Below are positions 59,053-64,000 of a stretch of 64,000 nt of DNA, in pieces. Each line of letters opens with the position of its first letter. Within the stretch, counting starts at the first letter, position 1. The DNA is from Myxococcota bacterium (GTDB lineage Bacteria; Myxococcota_A; UBA9160; SZUA-336), in NCBI GenBank assembly GCA_965247115.1, contig CBDFGR010000003.1, positions 2,432,001-2,496,000 of the forward strand, read 5' to 3'. The translations under genes were made by a program, and so were the position numbers. The notes under the pieces were generated by a model. It ran no database searches and was not told the DNA's origin. It was given only the letters and a program-made list of their open reading frames with translations.

Positions 59053-60045
59053 GTGATGCCGAACGCAGCATTCTGGGACGGGAGGACTGTCCTCGTAACC
59101 GGCGCCACAGGGTTTCTGGGCGGCTGGGTTGTGAGGCGACTTCTCGAGTACCAATGTCGAGTGGTCGCCCTCGTGCGGCGTCCCCGTCCCGAGTCGCAGT
59201 TCTATCTAGAGGGATTCGACAGTCTCGTACTGATGGAATCGGGTTCTGCGGACGACGCCGCAAAGATCGATTCGATCATCGACCGTCATCCGATAGAAGC
59301 CGTGTTCCATATCGCAGCCTTTTGCGACGTGACGAAGGTCATCGACAATCCGGTCGAGTGCTTCCGTTCGACCATCCAAAGCACCTGGAACATCCTCGAG
59401 AGCGTGCGGTGCAAGAATCCCGAGTGTGTCGTGGTCGTGAGCTCCTCCGACAAAGCCTACGGCGTCCAAGAGATGCCGCTACGAGAAACCCAGTGCCTCA
59501 ACCCCCTGCACGCCTACGACACGGCAAAGGCCTCGCAAGACCATATCGCCCAAACATACGGCCGAGCCTACGGGCTCCCTGTGGCCATCACGCGCTGCGG
59601 AAACTACTTTGGTGGGTACGACTTCACCTTCACTCGGATCATCCCCGGTACAATCCGAAGTGTCGCTAGCGGCGAACGGCCGGTTCTTCGCTCCGATGGC
59701 CGCTTTACTCGAGACTTCCTCCACATCGATGACGCCGTCGACGTTCAACTCCTCGTAGCTGAACAACTCATCGAAGGAGCCAAAATTCGGGGGGAACCGT
59801 TCAACTTCTCCTACGGGGTCGAGCTCGAAGTGATCGATATCGTCCACCGCATCTTGCAGATCATGAAGTCTGACCTCGAACCCATCGTGAGGGACGAGGT
59901 TCAGTCAGAGCTCCGATTCCTCGCGCTGTCGACTGAAAAAGCCCGCGCCGTCTTGGGCTGGGAACCCGAGCTGGGCTTTGACGCGGGGCTTGAGCGCACT
60001 GTCGAGTGGTACACCGACTATTTTGCCGAGCCCTCCCCCACCTGA
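59053..60045 (+). CDS. CDP-glucose 4,6-dehydratase-like (RfbG-like)
   Basis: FWDGRTVLVTGATGFLG.W, SSDKAYG, YDTAK, RCGNYFGG and RDF motifs. Confidence 0.8.
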   Translation: MMPNAAFWDGRTVLVTGATGFLGGWVVRRLLEYQCRVVALVRRPRPESQFYLEGFDSLVLMESGSADDAAKIDSIIDRHPIEAVFHIAAFCDVTKVIDNPVECFRSTIQSTWNILESVRCKNPECVVVVSSSDKAYGVQEMPLRETQCLNPLHAYDTAKASQDHIAQTYGRAYGLPVAITRCGNYFGGYDFTFTRIIPGTIRSVASGERPVLRSDGRFTRDFLHIDDAVDVQLLVAEQLIEGAKIRGEPFNFSYGVELEVIDIVHRILQIMKSDLEPIVRDEVQSELRFLALSTEKARAVLGWEPELGFDAGLERTVEWYTDYFAEPSPT

Positions 60046-60442
60046 ACCTGTCCATTCTGTTCCAGACCCCAATCTGGCCCGGCTCGCATCTTGGCGGAGG
60101 AACCGGCCGAGCGAGTGCCGTGGTGTCCGAAGGCCGGCTCTTCCCATCCTGCGGTTCAGTAGAGACCATCGGGTCCGGAGAAGTGTAAGTCTCTAGGTAT
60201 TACCGATAGTTACAGAGTCAGCTGCGAAGCAGAGTCCGGCGCTCGCAAGCTATCTTCTGGTTCTCGCAACAGAGAAGCACGGCTTGTTCGGGGACTCTTC
60301 CAGCGGTTGAGGAGCCGCGGTCGGGACCATTCCTCTAAGCCCGATTGGCGAATCTGCAGAGTTTCCTCACACGTCCGCTGCCGCGATAGGTGTAGAATTT
60401 CACCTCTGGCCCGGTTGGCTTGGTCATCCGGTAGGACCCCAC

Positions 60443-61756
60443 GTGGATACTCGCCTCGAGAACCTGGAACACTTGATCGACCATCGCGAGGCCGAGATGG
60501 GCGTCGTCGGGCTTGGCTACGCTGGACTCCCTCTGGCCGTGGCGTTCGCACAGGCGGGTTTTCGCGTCACCGGGATCGACAGGGATGGGTTCCGGGTCGG
60601 TGAGATCAATGCGGCTCGCTCCTATGTAGGAGACGTCTCTGCTGCAGATCTCCGGCGGCTCGTAGACGATGGGCGCTTGAGAGCTACCTCCAGCTTTCGG
60701 GAGATGGGGAGGCTCGATTGCATCCACATCTGCGTGCCTACGCCGCTGACCCGCACTCGGGAGCCTGACATCTCTCAGCTGCTCTCCGTGATCGAGGAGA
60801 TGCGCAGAACTCTTCGGTCCGGCCAGCTCGTCATTCTTGGCAGTACGACGTATCCCGGCACGACCAGCGAGCTGTTTCTCCCCTTGCTCGAGGAGTGCGG
60901 GCTCAGGGTGGGTGAGGACTTCGCCCTCGCCTTTGCTCCGGAGCGAATCGATCCTGGGAACACCGACTTTGCCCTGCAGCAGATTCCCAAGGTCGTTGGG
61001 GGCGTTACTGAGGCGTGCACTCGGTTAGCCGTCCGTATGTTCCGGACGGTCTTCGACGAAGTCGTGCCGGTCTCGGGTTCGAGCTCAGCCGAGATGGTGA
61101 AGCTACTCGAGAACACTTTTCGCATGATCAACGTCGGCCTCGCCAACGAGGTGGCGATGATCTGCGATCGGCTCGGGCTCGACGTCTGGGAGGTGACGGA
61201 GGCCGCGGCGACGAAACCATACGGCTTCATGAAGTTCGAGCCGGGACCGGGCCTTGGCGGACACTGCATCCCGGTGGATCCAAACTACCTCGCCTGGAAG
61301 CTCCGGAGTCTCAACTACAATGCGCGGTTCATCGAGCTCGCGGGTGAGATTAACGGCGCTATGCCCGGATGGGTCGTGGAGAGGATTGTTCGGCTTCTCA
61401 ACCGCGACAAGCTGGCGGTGAATGGAGCACGGGTCTTGCTCCTGGGTGTCGCATACAAGGCCGACGTGGCGGACACGAGGGAGTCACCTGCGCTCGACAT
61501 CATGGCGCAACTTGGGGAGCTGGGAGCCGACGTGCGATTCCACGACCCCTGGATCCAAGAGGTGGAGGTCGCCGGAACAGCTCATAAGTCCGTGGCTCTC
61601 AGCGACGAGGAACTCGGTGCGGCTCATGTGGCCGTGATCTGTGCCGGGCATCGTGATGTCGACTACGGCCGCGTCGTGCGCCTTGCTCCAAGGGTGTTGG
61701 ACACGCGGAACGCCACGGCGTTGCTTGGACCGAGCCCAAAGGTCGAGAAGCTCTAG
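60443..61756 (+). CDS. UDP-N-acetylhexosamine 6-dehydrogenase (WecC/WbpA-like)
   Basis: GLGYAGLP, CVPTP, PERIDPGN, KLLENTFR, GPGLGGHCIPVDP and D.RESP motifs. Confidence 0.9.
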   Translation: MDTRLENLEHLIDHREAEMGVVGLGYAGLPLAVAFAQAGFRVTGIDRDGFRVGEINAARSYVGDVSAADLRRLVDDGRLRATSSFREMGRLDCIHICVPTPLTRTREPDISQLLSVIEEMRRTLRSGQLVILGSTTYPGTTSELFLPLLEECGLRVGEDFALAFAPERIDPGNTDFALQQIPKVVGGVTEACTRLAVRMFRTVFDEVVPVSGSSSAEMVKLLENTFRMINVGLANEVAMICDRLGLDVWEVTEAAATKPYGFMKFEPGPGLGGHCIPVDPNYLAWKLRSLNYNARFIELAGEINGAMPGWVVERIVRLLNRDKLAVNGARVLLLGVAYKADVADTRESPALDIMAQLGELGADVRFHDPWIQEVEVAGTAHKSVALSDEELGAAHVAVICAGHRDVDYGRVVRLAPRVLDTRNATALLGPSPKVEKL

Positions 61757-62856
61757 AGGTCCCGGGACTCTCGTACGAGACTCTCGACGATACGATCGGC
61801 GGCTCTCCCGTCCCATAGTTCGGGTGTACCGCCTCCTCCCCAGGTGCCGCGCGATAGCTCCCTCCACGCGGCCAGAATCGAACGCTCGTTGGGGTCGACG
61901 AGCCGATTGGTACCCTGCTCTACGGTCACGGGGCGTTCAGTGTTCCTACGCAACGTCATGCAGGGGACTCGCAAAATCGTAGTCTCCTCCTGCATACCAC
62001 CTGAGTCCGTCATCACGAGGCGTGCATGGCTCATCAGTTTCAGGAAGTCCAGGTACCCGAGTGGATCGATGAGCCAGAGTCCCGACGCACCCCCGAGTCG
62101 TTCCGTCAGGTCGTAATCGCTAAGTCTCTGCCTTGTCCGAGGGTGGATCGCGAAGACCACGGGCGACTCCTGGCTTATCCGAATCAGTCCTTCCATGATC
62201 GACGCAAGAACGGCCGAGTCGTCGACGTTGCTTGGGCGGTGAAGCGTGACCAATGTATAGCTGCCTTGCTCGAGCTCTAGCTCGCTAAGGATTGTGGACT
62301 GCTCGGCGATGTCCTTGTGGCGGAGGAGCGTGTCGATCATCACGTTCCCGACGAAACGAATCCTGGCTTCATCGATCCCCTCTTTTCGGAGGTTCTCAAC
62401 GCCAGAGCGTTCCGTGACGAAGAGCAGATCGCTGATGCGATCGGTCAGGACGCGATTGATCTCCTCCGGCATGGAGCGGTCGAAGCTGCGGAGGCCAGCC
62501 TCCACGTGGCCTATGCGGCCCCCCAACTTTGCTCCTACAAGTGAGCAGGCGATGGTGCTGTTGACGTCGCCTACGACGATGATCCAGTCCGGCCGCTGGT
62601 CGATCAGGAGTGGCTCGAAGCGGCGCATGATCTCTGCGGTCTGGACAGCGTGAGTAGCAGATCCGACCTCGAGATTGACATTCGGCTCCGGAATATCCAG
62701 GTCGCGGAAGAACAGCGCCGACATGTTCTCGTCGTAGTGCTGCCCCGTATGGACCAGAAACGGATCGATCTCGGGGTGCCGGGAACAGGAGCGGAAGAGC
62801 GCCGCAATCTTGATGAAGTTGGGCCGAGCCCCGCAGACGTTCATTACCTTGATCAT
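61753..62856 (-). CDS. wecB: UDP-N-acetylglucosamine 2-epimerase (non-hydrolysing)
   Basis: GARPNFIK, HTGQHYD, HVEAGLRS, TLHRPSNVD, TDSGGMQEE and TERP motifs. Confidence 0.93.
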   Translation of the reverse strand: MIKVMNVCGARPNFIKIAALFRSCSRHPEIDPFLVHTGQHYDENMSALFFRDLDIPEPNVNLEVGSATHAVQTAEIMRRFEPLLIDQRPDWIIVVGDVNSTIACSLVGAKLGGRIGHVEAGLRSFDRSMPEEINRVLTDRISDLLFVTERSGVENLRKEGIDEARIRFVGNVMIDTLLRHKDIAEQSTILSELELEQGSYTLVTLHRPSNVDDSAVLASIMEGLIRISQESPVVFAIHPRTRQRLSDYDLTERLGGASGLWLIDPLGYLDFLKLMSHARLVMTDSGGMQEETTILRVPCMTLRRNTERPVTVEQGTNRLVDPNERSILAAWRELSRGTWGGGGTPELWDGRAADRIVESLVRESRDL

Positions 62857-63203
62857 CGATCCGCTCCTCGCAGGGAGAATAAGCGAGCCAGAGCACGGGC
62901 GGCAGTAGCAGGCACCCTGATCCCCTCGTTGCGAACCGCTGATGATTCGAGAGTTCGCGTCTGTCTTCGGCGCGCGCTAGCGCGGATCAGCCAAACGCGA
63001 AGGCACTCTCAGACGGCTGCTTGAAGGCGGTCTGAATCACATCGACACATGCCGCGTCCTAACCTCGAGCCGTCCTCGCAGATGCTGAGCGCGGCGCAGT
63101 CGTTCGAGAATCAGCCCTCCGAGAGCGGGATCGAGGAGCACAGTAAGCGAGCCGCCGTCGAGTCGCTGTTCGTTAGGGGATCGCTCCCCTTCGAACGTGG
63201 GCG

Positions 63204-63872
63204 TCAGCTGGCGCGGCGAGACCTCTTCCGGACGCTGGCACCGACGATCGTGGAGCCGACCGCAAAGAGAACCAATGACGTTGGCTCCGGCATGGGAGAT
63301 GCGGCAGATAGAGCGTAGCTGATGCTCCCATTCCAGACGCGCGGGCTAAAGAAACGATCGGGGTACAGGAACGGGACGTTGCTCGCTGACCCGAGCAGGA
63401 GGCTCAGGTCAGAGTTTGCGTAGAACCGGTTGTCCTCGGTGCCGTTCGTGTAGTAGTGACGCGCCTCTCCCGCGGGGCCGTCCAGGACGAGCGCGAAGCC
63501 GTAGGTCGTGTTGGCCTCGACTGTGAAGAAGTTGTCGAGCGTGATCTGGCTCAGATTGTCGATCCCGCTGCCAATGCCGGTTCCGGTAGCGGCAGAGGTC
63601 CACAAGCTCCCGTCCAGCTCGTTTCCGACACTGGTGCTCTCCATGAGGAAGACTTCGAAGCCGAAGGGATCATCGCTGCTCGTGTTGGTCTCGAAGCCCG
63701 TGATCGTGAGCGCGCTATCAGCAGTCACGAGGTCGAAGTACACCGCGCCCCCGCTGTTCCCGTGGTTGTTGCTGTCAGACAGCGTCATGATGCGGGCTGC
63801 ACCCGCCGTGTCGGGTGCAAATAGCAACATCAAGGAGATAACTGCGCCCGTTAGGACTCCCGTTCTGCTCAT
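63204..63872 (-). CDS. PEP-CTERM sorting domain protein
   Basis: Signal peptide; C-terminal MPEPTSLVLFAVG..GASVRKRSRR. Confidence 0.88.
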   Translation of the reverse strand: MSRTGVLTGAVISLMLLFAPDTAGAARIMTLSDSNNHGNSGGAVYFDLVTADSALTITGFETNTSSDDPFGFEVFLMESTSVGNELDGSLWTSAATGTGIGSGIDNLSQITLDNFFTVEANTTYGFALVLDGPAGEARHYYTNGTEDNRFYANSDLSLLLGSASNVPFLYPDRFFSPRVWNGSISYALSAASPMPEPTSLVLFAVGSTIVGASVRKRSRRAS

Positions 63873-64000
63873 TTCTCAGATCCTAGATGCCAGGTGCGGC
63901 AACCGGTCATTTGACACCCAAAACCAACAATAGGGGATTATATCGCTGTTTACCCAGATTCCCTTGACGCCGCCCTGCTAGTTGGGTAAACTGTCGCCAT

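Noticed and set aside
58612..59154. ORFs 58612-58959 (+) and 58675-59154 (-)
   Set aside because: No family motif; the minus ORF overlaps the dehydratase start; a remnant at best.

Overview
GC-rich bacterial window with two halves; the gene repertoire suggests Myxococcota, which is an inference. About 1-21.3 kb is host-like and very GC-rich. It holds an Hsp70 (YegD-like) gene, a xoxFJG-like PQQ dehydrogenase/SBP/cytochrome c operon bracketed by two 101-bp inverted-repeat elements, flavin monooxygenases (HsaA-like, HpaB, LLM) and galE. It also holds a palindrome-flanked HNH gene, an M20 peptidase, a ParD-like antitoxin with a broken ParE toxin, and a DsbA/HCCA-isomerase gene with an in-frame UGA plus a SECIS-like hairpin (probable selenoprotein, missed by the ORF track). 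About 21.3-64 kb is a visibly lower-GC surface-glycan biosynthesis/modification region. It carries GDP-heptose genes, a CDP-glucose pathway, three NDP-sugar C-methyltransferases, glycosyltransferases, SGNH proteins, a NoeA/NoeB-like pair, WecB/WecC-like genes and a PEP-CTERM protein. It also carries an E1(alpha-beta)/E2/ACP-AcpS 'acyl-donor' module. Three lesions lie in this region: a truncated gmhA, a +1 frameshift in E1, and an IS5-family insertion in a WecG/TagA transferase. All calls come from motif reading by eye; no database searches were run.
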